Part shown: piece after piece, positions 7,793-17,832 of the stretch
Position numbering within the stretch: position 1 is the first letter of the stretch
Layout: the number at the start of each line of letters is the position of its first letter
Origin: Candidatus Saccharimonadota bacterium
Lineage (GTDB): Bacteria > Bacteroidota > Bacteroidia > Cytophagales > Amoebophilaceae
Assembly (NCBI RefSeq): GCF_965196625.1
Contig: NZ_OZ239769.1
Coordinates: 210,001 to 242,000, forward strand
Length of the DNA stretch: 32,000 nt
Direction: 5' to 3'
Position numbers and translations under genes: made by a program
The notes under the pieces: generated by a model
Seen by the model: only the letters and a program-made list of their open reading frames with translations
Told to the model about the DNA's origin: nothing
Database searches by the model: none

Positions 7793-10219
7793 ATGGCCCA
7801 AAATAATTATAAAGTTCAATCAGATACACCCCCCAAAAAAGGGACATCCAATCGACCTGTATTTGACCAACGCATCAAAATAACCATTGGTTTTTTGCTA
7901 CAGGGGGTTAGTATTTTTCTAGCCTTTGCCTTCTCTGCACATCTGATGCATGGCGCTAAAGATCAGCATATTATTGAGTCTTTTCGAACCTTAGGGATCA
8001 AAGCATCTAGTCTAGCCATTGCCAACTGGTTGGGTTTTACGGGGGCTTATGTAAGCTATTACTGCGTCCATATATGGTGGGGCATCACCGCTTTTATCTT
8101 TTTGCCTTTTCTATTTTTAATGGGGATAAAAATGGTCACACGCAGGATTTGGCCCAATATTTCTTTATTAAAAGTGATGATGGCCTCCATTTTTCTTGTA
8201 TTATGGTCGAATATTCTATTGGGTTATCTATATACACTCTACCCAACCGCTACGCTACTCGCGAACCATCTAGGCGGAGTGGGCTATGAGCTTGGCACCT
8301 TGTTTAAAGGATTATTGGGCTATGGTACCTTTATCTTACTTTTTATTACTTGCATCATCTTTGTAGTAGTATGTTTTAACATCACCTCTTTACCGACCAT
8401 TCATTTATTTGCCACTAAAAAGGTAAAAAAGGATAATGACCCTTTAGCCCATCAGGACAATACTAGCGACAGTGACCCATTTGACGGAGAAAGCGAGCGA
8501 CCATCTGGTAAAAAAAAAACGAATGATAGCGCAGCGCAACATCCCACTACAGATGCAGCACATGGCAACGACACAGCCAGGGTAGAAACGGCCCACAAAA
8601 GCCATATAGACTTTGAAGTAGTAGCCGCCCCTCAACCCTCCTCTAAAAATCTATCTAAATCAGCTCTATCTGCTCCTCCATCAACGATACCATTACAGCA
8701 GCTTAGGAGTGAAAACTACGACCCCACGTTAGACCTATCTAGCTATAAGTATCCCTCTTTAGAGCTATTAGAACGGTATGAACAAGCACAACGATCTGTT
8801 ACGCAAGAAGAATTGGCCATTAATAAAAACAATATTGTACAAACCTTACAAAACTTTAAAATCAATATAGCCAAAATAAAAGCTACCATTGGCCCTACTG
8901 TTACCCTTTATGAAATTGTACCCGAAGCAGGGGTAAAGATTTCGAAGATCAAAAATCTTGAAGATGATATTGCACTGAACCTAGCTGCGCTAGGCATTCG
9001 CATCATTGCTCCGATACCAGGAAAAGGGACCATTGGCATTGAAGTACCCAACAAAAACAGAGAAGTAGTACCCCTTCAGGAGATGCTCGCCTCTGAAAAG
9101 TTTTTAAAAGGAAAAATGGATTTGCCCATTGTATTGGGTAAAAGCATTTCGAATGAATTGTTTATTGCAGATTTGGGCCGCATGCCCCATCTGCTCATTG
9201 CAGGTGCGACTGGGCAAGGCAAATCTGTCGGGCTCAATGTGCTACTGACCTCTTTGATTTATAAAAAGCATCCCTCTCAATTAAAACTGGTATTGGTAGA
9301 TCCTAAAAAAGTGGAACTTTCTTTATACAATAGATTAGAGCGTCACTTTTTGGCTAAATTACCCATTAGTGAGGAGCCCATTATTACAGAAACCAAAAAA
9401 GTAATCCATACATTGAATTCTTTATGCATTGAAATGGACCACCGCTATGAGCTATTAAAAGAAGCAGGCACCCGGAATATTAAAGAATACAATGAAAAAT
9501 TTATAAAAAGGATATTGAACCCTCAAGAAGGGCATCGCTTTTTACCCTACATTGTATTGGTTATAGATGAATTTGCCGATATGATGATGACAGCAGGTAA
9601 AGAAATAGAGGTACCCATTGCCCGACTGGCCCAATTGGCACGTGCCATCGGGATCCATCTGGTTTTGGCTACACAAAGGCCCTCTGTAAATGTCATTACA
9701 GGCATTATCAAAGCTAACTTTCCCGTTCGGATTTCCTATAAGGTAAGCTCACGCATTGACTCTAGAACCATTTTAGATGCAAGTGGTGCGGAACAATTAG
9801 TAGGCAATGGGGATATGTTGCTTTCTATGAACTCTGATATCATCCGGCTACAAACGCCTTTTTTAGATACCGCAGAAGTAGAACGGGTCTGTAGCTACAT
9901 TGGTGGACAACAAGGCTACCCATCTGCTTACCTACTCCCTACGTATGATGAAGAAGACAAAGAGGAGACGGTAGATTTACAAGAGACAGATCCTTTATTT
10001 GAAGAAGCAGCCAGGCTGATTGTATTACATCAACAAGGCAGCACTTCCTTGATCCAACGCAAGCTAAAGCTGGGCTACAACCGATCTGGCAGGCTGATAG
10101 ACCAATTGGAAGCAGCAGGCATTGTAGGCCCCTTTGAGGGTAGCAAAGCCAGAGAAGTGTTGGTATCAGATGAAGCGGGTTTAAATGACATCTTAGAACG
10201 GTTGCTGCAGAAAGGTTAA
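7793..10219 (+). CDS. ftsK: DNA translocase FtsK/SpoIIIE
   Basis: 808 aa with N-terminal TM helices and a low-complexity linker. The motor domain has Walker A (GATGQGKS) and Walker B (VLVIDEFADMMM). A C-terminal gamma winged-helix is present (STSLIQRKLKLGYNRSGRLIDQLE). Confidence 0.95.
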   Translation: MAQNNYKVQSDTPPKKGTSNRPVFDQRIKITIGFLLQGVSIFLAFAFSAHLMHGAKDQHIIESFRTLGIKASSLAIANWLGFTGAYVSYYCVHIWWGITAFIFLPFLFLMGIKMVTRRIWPNISLLKVMMASIFLVLWSNILLGYLYTLYPTATLLANHLGGVGYELGTLFKGLLGYGTFILLFITCIIFVVVCFNITSLPTIHLFATKKVKKDNDPLAHQDNTSDSDPFDGESERPSGKKKTNDSAAQHPTTDAAHGNDTARVETAHKSHIDFEVVAAPQPSSKNLSKSALSAPPSTIPLQQLRSENYDPTLDLSSYKYPSLELLERYEQAQRSVTQEELAINKNNIVQTLQNFKINIAKIKATIGPTVTLYEIVPEAGVKISKIKNLEDDIALNLAALGIRIIAPIPGKGTIGIEVPNKNREVVPLQEMLASEKFLKGKMDLPIVLGKSISNELFIADLGRMPHLLIAGATGQGKSVGLNVLLTSLIYKKHPSQLKLVLVDPKKVELSLYNRLERHFLAKLPISEEPIITETKKVIHTLNSLCIEMDHRYELLKEAGTRNIKEYNEKFIKRILNPQEGHRFLPYIVLVIDEFADMMMTAGKEIEVPIARLAQLARAIGIHLVLATQRPSVNVITGIIKANFPVRISYKVSSRIDSRTILDASGAEQLVGNGDMLLSMNSDIIRLQTPFLDTAEVERVCSYIGGQQGYPSAYLLPTYDEEDKEETVDLQETDPLFEEAARLIVLHQQGSTSLIQRKLKLGYNRSGRLIDQLEAAGIVGPFEGSKAREVLVSDEAGLNDILERLLQKG

Positions 10220-10434
10220 GGCTATACTAATCGAGCAAAAAGTTTGGATTAAAGTAGCAATAGTGATTTATATGATTGTGTAATTAAGATTCCTAATCAT
10301 GAAGTACACAGGCTCTATAACCGATTTTTTTCTGGCAAATCAGTTGTAGCGGCTTATGCTACTTATGATTTAGTACGTAAACAGTGTGGTGATATTGTTT
10401 TGACAAATAAATATGGGCAAGAAGAGGAGTAGGC

Positions 10435-11439
10435 TTATCCAATCGGATACCTAGGGAAAGATTTGGCAGCTAAACCAACAAATTCCTTTAACGGATATTT
10501 ATAATAAGCGGTAATCGCTACCATAGCTGCATTATCAGTACAATAGGCCATAGCAGGTATAAAAATGGTCCAATGCTGTTTTTCAGCCAACTGTTTGAGC
10601 TGTTGCCGCAAGTAGCTATTGGCGGCTACTCCTCCAGCCAATGCAATGGTGTGCATGCCGCTCTTTTGAGCAGCTTTGGTCAGCTTATCCAATAACATCC
10701 GCACCAGGACGGCCTGAATACTGGCACAGATATCGGCCCGATTGGCCTTGATAAACTCAGGGGTTTTGCTTTGAATGAAAAGTAAAAAAGCGGTTTTGAT
10801 GCCACTAAATGAAAAATCAAAACCAGCCATATGGGTAGCTGGAAAGGTAAAAGCTTGGGGATTGCCTCCTTGGGCATAACGGTCTATTAAAGCGCCACCT
10901 GGGTAGCTGAAGCCCATTAAATGGGCTATTTTATCAAAGGCCTCCCCGGCGGCATCATCTTGGGTTTCGCCTAAAACCTCCATAGAAAAATAATCTTTTA
11001 CCAAAATGATTTGGGTGTGCCCTCCACTAACGGTCAAACAGAGAAAGGGGAAATTTGGTTTAGGCTCATCGATAAAATTGGCTAGTACATGGGCTTGAAT
11101 GTGATGGACACCTATGAGCGGAATACCCAGCGAACAGGCCAATGCTTTAGCAAAACAACTGCCTACCAAAAGTGGGCCTAGCAACCCTGGACCTTGTGTA
11201 AATCCAATGGCATGCAATGCGGTCTTTTCAATGGCTGCTTCTTGAAGTGCAGCGGTTACAACAGGAATCATATGGGTTTCATGTGCCCTTGCAGCAAGCT
11301 CTGGCACAACACCACCATATTTTTGATGGATCAATTGACTCATGACGACATTGCTTACAATTTTTCCGTCACAGATTACAGCAGCAGCTGTTTCGTCACA
11401 AGAGGATTCAATACCCAAAATGGTTAATGGATGACTCAT
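10435..11439 (-). CDS. tsaD: tRNA N6-adenosine threonylcarbamoyltransferase TsaD (Gcp/Kae1 family)
   Basis: 334 aa with ILGIESSCDETAAAV, GPGLLGPLLVG and GVHHIQAH motifs. Confidence 0.93.
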   Translation of the reverse strand: MSHPLTILGIESSCDETAAAVICDGKIVSNVVMSQLIHQKYGGVVPELAARAHETHMIPVVTAALQEAAIEKTALHAIGFTQGPGLLGPLLVGSCFAKALACSLGIPLIGVHHIQAHVLANFIDEPKPNFPFLCLTVSGGHTQIILVKDYFSMEVLGETQDDAAGEAFDKIAHLMGFSYPGGALIDRYAQGGNPQAFTFPATHMAGFDFSFSGIKTAFLLFIQSKTPEFIKANRADICASIQAVLVRMLLDKLTKAAQKSGMHTIALAGGVAANSYLRQQLKQLAEKQHWTIFIPAMAYCTDNAAMVAITAYYKYPLKEFVGLAAKSFPRYPIG

Positions 11440-11564
11440 TTTAAAAAAAATGCGGCCAATGGCGCTTTAAGTTGAGGCAGTTGCACGACCTTATATTCAT
11501 TTAGCCCGCTGTATCTATTCAGCCAAACTGTCCCACAACAAGAAAAAAGTAATATAAACCTTCC

Positions 11565-12806
11565 TTATCCTTCCTGCAACGCCTCTGTAAGCTTTTTTTG
11601 CCTTAACAACCTAATCGCAAAATATAAGACAACAGAAAGGGTAGCAAGTATCAGCAAATTGGGCCATACAATAACTTTCCAATGGCTATAAATGGGAACG
11701 TAGCGCATATAATAAAGCGCTGGTTCAAGTGTAATATATTTATAGCGATCTTGCAAAAAACAGAATCCTACCCCTAGCACGTTGCCACCTAACATGCCCA
11801 AACATAGGGTACGAAAGCTATTATAAAGCAAGATCGCATCTATTTGCCAAGCATAAGCGCCTAAAACTTTTAAGACCCCTACCATATAACTACGCTCCAT
11901 AAGTTGCACCATAACGGTAGCCACCATAGTAGAACCCGCTACCAATAATATAAAGATGATAAAAATAGTCGTATTCTTTTGAATAATAGTGAGCCAATCA
12001 TAAAAACTAGCATACTTATACCGGGTGCTGGTCAAACGCAAATCATCATCCATCAGGCGTAAAATCGTGTCTCGCAATGGTTTAGTTGGGGCTGCATTTG
12101 CTTCCAAAAAGAGGGTATAACCATGTACCGTTTCTGAAGACCAATTATTTAACCGTTGTATAAGGCGCATATCACAAAAAGCTAAATGTTCATCTATCGC
12201 ACTGAAATAGGTGCGATAGATACCCACAATCTTTAATTTCCGGTAACGTATGGTAGGGTGCACCGTATGGATCACTACTGGATCACCTAGCTTAATAGAG
12301 AGTTTTTGGGCAAGATGGTGGCTAATCGATAATTCATTTTGATAGGTTTCCTTCGTTAAATCAGGCAGCCTACCGACTATTAGGTAATCCTCTAATGGAG
12401 TATGGACCACGGTAGGATCGATACCCTTGCAGCATATACCCTCCACCCCTACCCTTGTATGGATCAACATAAGCTTTTGGACAAATGGAGTGACTTTTTC
12501 AATGGCGCTAGGTAGATCAGCCATCAGACGACTCACTTGTGAAACCTGTAACGGTGTGGGTTCATAAGGGTGCTGGATGCCACTATATTTGGTAATTTCG
12601 AAGGCTCCAGCAAAGGCAGCTATCTTCTTTGTAATCTCTTTTTGAAAGCCTAACATGACCATGGAAGCAATCAATATAGCAGCGGTGCCTATGGCAATGC
12701 TGCACGTAACAATTGTATCGATAGAAGCAGAAAAAACAGCAGGACTGCGTTGCCTAACTCGGTTGGCAATACCTACCATCCAGCCAATGGTCTGCAAGAG
12801 TAACAT
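11565..12806 (-). CDS. FtsX-like ABC transporter permease (LolC/E-type)
   Basis: The ORF track gives 11565..12896. The first 30 codons overlap the proS 3' end, so I prefer Met31 (12806). There is one N-terminal TM, a large extracytoplasmic domain and three C-terminal TMs, typical of MacB/FtsX permeases. Confidence 0.75.
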   Translation of the reverse strand: MLLLQTIGWMVGIANRVRQRSPAVFSASIDTIVTCSIAIGTAAILIASMVMLGFQKEITKKIAAFAGAFEITKYSGIQHPYEPTPLQVSQVSRLMADLPSAIEKVTPFVQKLMLIHTRVGVEGICCKGIDPTVVHTPLEDYLIVGRLPDLTKETYQNELSISHHLAQKLSIKLGDPVVIHTVHPTIRYRKLKIVGIYRTYFSAIDEHLAFCDMRLIQRLNNWSSETVHGYTLFLEANAAPTKPLRDTILRLMDDDLRLTSTRYKYASFYDWLTIIQKNTTIFIIFILLVAGSTMVATVMVQLMERSYMVGVLKVLGAYAWQIDAILLYNSFRTLCLGMLGGNVLGVGFCFLQDRYKYITLEPALYYMRYVPIYSHWKVIVWPNLLILATLSVVLYFAIRLLRQKKLTEALQEG

Positions 12807-12816
12807 ATAGATAAGG

Positions 12817-14289
12817 TCAATAGGCCTGCGCAAAAACCACCCGCCTTTTAGAGGGTTTCCCTGAATAGATACAATAGCCCGGCTCCTCGTTGTCATCTAA
12901 GGGTATACAACGGATCGTGGCTTTTGTTTCCGCTTTAATCTTTTCTTCTGTTTCGGTAGTACCATCCCAATGAGCCATCAAAAAGCCCCCTGTACCCGCA
13001 ACAAGCTTTTTAAAAGTAGGATAGTCATCCACCAACAGGGTACGCGCTTGGTGTACGGAAAGAGCGCGCTGGTAGATGTGGGTCTGAATGGCTTCTAACC
13101 AATCTGTAACCTGTTGGGTCAAATGGTCCATAGGAATGGTTACTTTCTCTTTTGTATCCCTACGGGCCAATTCTACCGTCTTATTTTGCAAATCATTCGG
13201 CCCTAAGGCGATACGAATAGGTACACCTTTTTGCTCATATTCTGCAAATTTATAACCTGGCTTACGGGTAGCTCTGTCATCTAACTGCACACGCACACCC
13301 TGTGCGATCAATAGCGCTTTACAACTAGATAATTGCGCTACTACTGCGGCGCGTTCTGCCTCTGTTTTATAAATCGGCACCATCACTACCTGTATAGGCG
13401 CAATTTTAGGCGGCAATACCAAGCCATCATCATCCGAATGGATCATAATCAAAGCACCCATCAGCCGGGTGGTAATGCCCCAGGAAGTACCCCATACATA
13501 ATCCCGTATGCCGGATTGATTGGTAAAAGTTACCTCAAAGGCTTTGGCAAATCGTTGGCCTAGGTAGTGTGCGGTACCCACTTGCAGCGCCTTTCCATCT
13601 TGCATAAGCGCCTCAATGGTATAGGTGGTTTCTGCACCGGCAAAACGCTCATTTAGGGTTTTAGTGCCTTTTATTAAAGGTATCGCCATATAGTCTGTAA
13701 CGATCCGTTCATACAAATGCAACATTTGTAAAGCCTCTGCTTCAGCCTCTGCCTGGGTAGCATGGGCGGTATGGCCCTCTTGCCATAAAAACTCTGTGGT
13801 ACGCAAAAAAAGCCTTGTCCGCATTTCCCAACGGACTACGTTGCACCACTGATTGAGTAAAATAGGCAGATCTCTGTAGGATTGAATCCAATTTTTATAG
13901 GTACTCCATATAACCGTTTCTGAGGTAGGCCGCACAATCAGCTCTTCCTCTAACTTAGCAGCAGGGTCGACTACCACACTACGGCCATCTTCGGCCATCT
14001 TTAAACGATAATGGGTCACAACGGCACATTCTTTAGCAAAGCCTTCCACATGGCCTGCCTCTTTGCTAAAGTAAGATTTTGGAATGAGTAAAGGAAAATA
14101 GCCATTTACATGGCCGGTTTCTTTAAAGGCAGCATCAAAAATAGCTTGTAGCTTTTCCCAAATGGCATAGCCATAAGGTTTAATCACCATACAGCCCCGA
14201 ACAGAAGCATTTTCAGCCAGACCTGCACGTACGACCAATTCATTATACCAAGCGGAAAAATTGGATGCTCTTGTAGGTAAAGGGGTCAT
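12817..14289 (-). CDS. proS: Prolyl-tRNA synthetase (archaeal/eukaryote-like class II type, ~490 aa)
   Basis: The ORF track gives 12817..14358. Codons upstream of [19 protein letters not shown] are rnpB-derived sequence, so the start is set at 14289. The remainder has the conserved ProRS catalytic core, anticodon-binding domain and C-terminal ...VVFAQAY. Confidence 0.9.
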   Translation of the reverse strand: MTPLPTRASNFSAWYNELVVRAGLAENASVRGCMVIKPYGYAIWEKLQAIFDAAFKETGHVNGYFPLLIPKSYFSKEAGHVEGFAKECAVVTHYRLKMAEDGRSVVVDPAAKLEEELIVRPTSETVIWSTYKNWIQSYRDLPILLNQWCNVVRWEMRTRLFLRTTEFLWQEGHTAHATQAEAEAEALQMLHLYERIVTDYMAIPLIKGTKTLNERFAGAETTYTIEALMQDGKALQVGTAHYLGQRFAKAFEVTFTNQSGIRDYVWGTSWGITTRLMGALIMIHSDDDGLVLPPKIAPIQVVMVPIYKTEAERAAVVAQLSSCKALLIAQGVRVQLDDRATRKPGYKFAEYEQKGVPIRIALGPNDLQNKTVELARRDTKEKVTIPMDHLTQQVTDWLEAIQTHIYQRALSVHQARTLLVDDYPTFKKLVAGTGGFLMAHWDGTTETEEKIKAETKATIRCIPLDDNEEPGYCIYSGKPSKRRVVFAQAY

Positions 14290-14317
14290 ATCTAAAGAGA
14301 AAAATAATAAAAGAAAA

Positions 14318-14416
14318 ACAAGCCTATAAGCCGGGTTCTGTAGTGCACGATCGCGCACTGCTTGTCATTTATCTGGAGCCATAATCACTTATAGCCTCTA
14401 GCGGCCCACCCACATG
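14318..14416 (-). pseudogene. rnpB: Orphan 3'-terminal ~99-nt fragment of RNase P RNA
   Basis: It matches the 3' end of the complete rnpB at 26631..26729, including ACAGAACCCGGCTTAT (P4 3' strand). It differs from that copy at 2 positions. It is cut off at 14416, where dnaK sequence begins. Confidence 0.85.
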
Positions 14417-15289
14417 GTGTTTTCGCACACCATCAATGGCTGTAATATAGGGGAGATTAATCTCTGTAGTAGTTGCACTAGAAAGCTCAATTTTGGCTTT
14501 TTCAGCAGCTTCTCTCAGACGCTGTAAGGCAGTTGGATCCTGTCTTAAATCAACACCCTCTTCCTTTTGAAAGCTATCTGCAAGCCAATCTGTTATTTTT
14601 TGGTCAAAATCATCTCCACCTAGATGGATATCCCCATTGGTAGATTTAACTTCAAAAATGCCATCACCCAGCTCTAAAATAGAAATGTCAAAAGTACCAC
14701 CCCCAAGGTCAAATACAGCGATAGTGATATCTTTATTTTTTTTGTCCAGACCATAGGCTAAAGCAGCAGCGGTTGGCTCATTAATAATACGCTTTACAGT
14801 CAAACCGGCTATTTCTCCCGCTTCTTTAGTGGCTTGTCGCTCTGCATCATTAAAATAAGCAGGTACGGTAATAACCGCATCTGTAACAGTAGTACCCAAG
14901 TAATCCTCTGCCCCACTTTTCATCTTTTGCAGGATAATAGCAGAAAGCTCTTGGGGGGTATACTGCCGATCACCAATCCGTACACGAACGGTATTGTTAG
15001 CTCCACTTTCTACCTTATAGGCAACTTCATTGATCTCATTAGCAACACTATTGTAACCTTTACCCATAAAACGCTTAATGGAACTTATGCTATTATGAGG
15101 ATTTATAATGGCCTGACGCTTAGCGGGGTCACCTACTTTACGTTCACCCTTTCCTCCATTTAAAAAAGCCACTACAGATGGTGTAATTCTCTTGCCTTCA
15201 TTATTAGGAATCACTACTCGCTCGTTGCCTTCCATAACCGCAACACAGGAATTAGTAGTTCCTAAATCAATTCCAATTATTTTTCCCAT
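14369..15289 (-). pseudogene. dnaK: Truncated dnaK: N-terminal nucleotide-binding domain only (~291 codons), reading into rnpB-derived sequence
   Basis: Canonical [18 protein letters not shown] ... [10 protein letters not shown] ... INLPYITA. Homology ends at 14417, and the last 16 codons are translated rnpB fragment. The substrate-binding domain and lid are absent. Confidence 0.85.
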
Positions 15290-15464
15290 GTTTAATTTCT
15301 ATTTTTATTTGTATTTGAATATTCCCTATACTACAATCTAGAAATCTATATAGCTTTATTGCAAGTAGGGACACTACAAACTCCATGCCAAATCAATTAT
15401 TTTGTAGCAGTTTATGTCAAAATGACATAAACTGCGCCAGCATGGTGGATAAAAAGTATATGGG

Positions 15465-16418
15465 CTATTTTGAAAAGCTTTTCCTGTACCGATTTGGGTG
15501 GTTTAGAATATCTCTGGCTTGCTCCAACATTTCAGTTGCATACCCCTGTTCTGATAGTATATCTATAGCAATGGTTTGATGAGAGGCACCAGGCACTACC
15601 TTATAGGTATAGTGAATTTTCCCATCTTTGCCCATAGACTTAATATAAACTTTATAATTTTTAAACCCTTTTTTAGGCTCACGTTCTTCTAAAAGCATCA
15701 CAATTGGATAGTGGGTAGCTACAATATTCAGGGCGTTACTATATTTTGCAATATAATTTAATACAGAATATTCTGCTGCCGCACCTTCTGCTGGATTGGT
15801 TCCAGTGAAGGGTTCATCAAAAATAGTGAAACTAAACGCCTCCTCTTTTAACCCTTTTAATAATTCTAAATGGGACTGAAAACGATCAACTTCTGCCATG
15901 AATAGTGATTTGCCAGCTACAATGTCATCAGTAGTATAAATATAGGCATTTATTTTACTGAATGGTGTCATTTCACAGGACTTAGCAGGCGCTATACCAA
16001 AAGTTTGACTTAACACAACCGCTGTGGTTACACCGGTTAAAAAGGTAGATTTACCCCCTGCATTGGGGCCTGTTAAAATGATATTTTGGGTCTCCTGGTC
16101 CATGGTGACATCATTGCCAATAGCTGTAGTAGGCGTTAACATAGGATTCCACATTTCAACAAGCGCCAAACGAGGTTTTGTATGGGTGTTGGATGATAAG
16201 AATTTGGTAAATGTATAAGTATGTAGCCCATTGATTGCAGCTGTTTCTTCCATAAGCGTCACTATAGATAAAAAAGCATCTAACTCCCCCAAGGCATACA
16301 TGGCATCATGAAAAACAGCCTTATGCGCTAGAAATAGCTTATAGCTTGCCAATAGTTTGCCAGCATGACCCCATAAATAAGACCAAGAACGGAAGGGTAG
16401 TTCTTCTAAATAACGCAA
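15465..16418 (-). CDS. MutS-related protein, C-terminal half (MutS domain V ABC-type ATPase)
   Basis: Walker A ILTGPNAGGKSTFL, LFMAEV, Walker B FTIFDEPFTGTNP and ATHY. The ORF starts only at a TTG and overlaps the upstream ORF by 13 nt in another frame. Confidence 0.75.
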   Translation of the reverse strand: MRYLEELPFRSWSYLWGHAGKLLASYKLFLAHKAVFHDAMYALGELDAFLSIVTLMEETAAINGLHTYTFTKFLSSNTHTKPRLALVEMWNPMLTPTTAIGNDVTMDQETQNIILTGPNAGGKSTFLTGVTTAVVLSQTFGIAPAKSCEMTPFSKINAYIYTTDDIVAGKSLFMAEVDRFQSHLELLKGLKEEAFSFTIFDEPFTGTNPAEGAAAEYSVLNYIAKYSNALNIVATHYPIVMLLEEREPKKGFKNYKVYIKSMGKDGKIHYTYKVVPGASHQTIAIDILSEQGYATEMLEQARDILNHPNRYRKSFSK

Positions 16419-17572
16419 TTACCTACTTCAGATGGTTCATGTGCACGTGCCAATAGTAGCCTTATAGGACCAAGTTGTGAACCATATAATGCTTCTAAAG
16501 CAGGATTTTGTTGAACCAATGCATTGATTTTTTTAAGGGTAATCAAAAAGGTTTGTAGATCCGCCATACGCAGGGCAAGATTACTCAGCACACCTGCATA
16601 CTCCTTGTAGTTGTGGTAGGCTTTATAGTATTGCCAGAAGGAATAGATGGTAACAATCGAAGGTTGAATGTATTCCAGGAAGATCAAAGAGGCATCAGGC
16701 CTAGGCTTCATATCTCTAATGGTTTTAGTAAGATAATATAAGTTGTATATAGGCAGATACATCCAGTATCGGTTTCTATAGAAAGCGCCACGTGATAGCT
16801 TAGAACCCATTTGATAGGCTAATTCTGTAATAGGAAGCCCTAACACTACAGGATACCACATGTAATTAGAATAAATGTCCCAAATATCTCGCACCAATAC
16901 TTTTCTTTTTTGCAGCGTACGAGCCCTTTTGTTCAAAGCAGCCGAAGGGGTATAAAATAGTTTGGTTAAATATTTATTATATTCTTCAGCATATAAGGGA
17001 TCTATCTCTGTCCAAAAAGAGAGCATCGCTCGTTCAGATGCTTTATAGTTTTGCAGCTCGCCCCTTAAATTATTATAAAGCTGAGTGTTTTTGCACAAAA
17101 AACTTATCAATCGCTGACGTCTGGTAAGGGCTTCAAGATTAGCAACCGGTGCAGCGAGCAGTGAAGCAAACGCCCCCTCCCCTAAAACCGTAACCGTCTT
17201 ATTAATCCGAGATAGGAAATGATAAGCTGGTGTAGTAGCCGTTCCACAAAAAAGATGCAAATCAGACCATGCATATTTATTCAATACATTACCTACTTTA
17301 TTGTATTGCTGCTGGTAGTAGTTGCTTTTGGCAAAAATTTCATTGAATACTGCCGAACGTTCTCCTTTTAGAGAAAGATGAATGTCAAAAATAGTTATAT
17401 CTGGAATTTTTGATTTTTTTATCTCATGAACCTTTGGCAAAGGCACTACTGCTTCAGTAAATGATTTTAAATAGTGCTCAGCTAGTTGAGTAGCCATGGA
17501 AGAACTCTTTTCGATCGCTGTAACAGAAGCTGGCAAACAAAATATAAATAGGAGGGATAAAACGATACGCAT
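16406..17572 (-). CDS. MutS-related protein, N-terminal half (signal-peptide-like N-terminus + MutS core/clamp-like region)
   Basis: MRIVLSLLFIFCLPASVTA|IEK resembles a Sec signal or anchor. TVTVLGEGAFASLLAAPVANLEALTRRQRLISFL resembles the MutS domain III motif (T.T.mG.RlL...L..Pl.d...I..R). It is probably one gene with 15465..16418, split by a frameshift. Confidence 0.7.
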   Translation of the reverse strand: MRIVLSLLFIFCLPASVTAIEKSSSMATQLAEHYLKSFTEAVVPLPKVHEIKKSKIPDITIFDIHLSLKGERSAVFNEIFAKSNYYQQQYNKVGNVLNKYAWSDLHLFCGTATTPAYHFLSRINKTVTVLGEGAFASLLAAPVANLEALTRRQRLISFLCKNTQLYNNLRGELQNYKASERAMLSFWTEIDPLYAEEYNKYLTKLFYTPSAALNKRARTLQKRKVLVRDIWDIYSNYMWYPVVLGLPITELAYQMGSKLSRGAFYRNRYWMYLPIYNLYYLTKTIRDMKPRPDASLIFLEYIQPSIVTIYSFWQYYKAYHNYKEYAGVLSNLALRMADLQTFLITLKKINALVQQNPALEALYGSQLGPIRLLLARAHEPSEVGNCVI

Positions 17573-17824
17573 GGGAAATTGAATGTATAAACTTTGACTG
17601 ACTAAACCAAGGTAGATCGAGCAGAAATCTATAAAAAAAGTTTATATAAAAAAACATTATCCAACTATTGATTTAGTAACGTATAGCCTATAGAAGATCT
17701 AATAACTTTTTACTAAATTGCTTTAGAAAACAAACTTTTGATCCAGCAAACCACTATGGCGCAGTATATATCTTTATCGTGGTTTAAAAAATGGCTACAA
17801 GTTGTTTTCCCCATAAAAAAAGAG

Positions 17825-17832
17825 GAAAAACA
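17825..17832. repeat. Target-site duplication (left) of the IS256-family insertion
   Basis: gaaaaaca directly abuts the left IR, and the identical 8-mer sits at 19165..19172. Confidence 0.85.

Noticed and set aside
10253-10432. 59-codon open frame between ftsK and tsaD (…DLYDCVIKIPNHEVHRLYNRFF…), plus a 14-mer gattgtgtaattaa shared between 10274..10287 and 21170..21183
   Set aside because: It has no start codon, no recognisable motif, and a length achievable by chance. A single shared 14-mer with unrelated flanks is not enough to call a repeat or gene remnant.
12807-12896. First 30 codons of the permease ORF 11565..12896
   Set aside because: They overlap the proS 3' end by 80 nt and have no FtsX-family similarity. 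Met31 gives a normal N-terminus right after the proS stop.
14290-14358. N-terminal 23 codons of ORF 12817..14358 ([23 protein letters not shown]), which could look like a signal peptide on ProRS
   Set aside because: The sequence is the 3' end of RNase P RNA (ACAGAACCCGGCTTAT etc.). ProRS homology starts at [11 protein letters not shown]. The same artefact occurs at 26603..26671.
15385-15579. 64-aa plus-strand ORF between dnaK and the MutS-like gene
   Set aside because: It overlaps the MutS-like 3' end antisense and is low-complexity, with no motif.
17586-17647. 10-bp inverted repeat tataaacttt/aaagtttata in the MutS-like/NTT divergent intergenic region
   Set aside because: It is AT-only with a 42-nt spacer in AT-rich DNA, which is plausible by chance.
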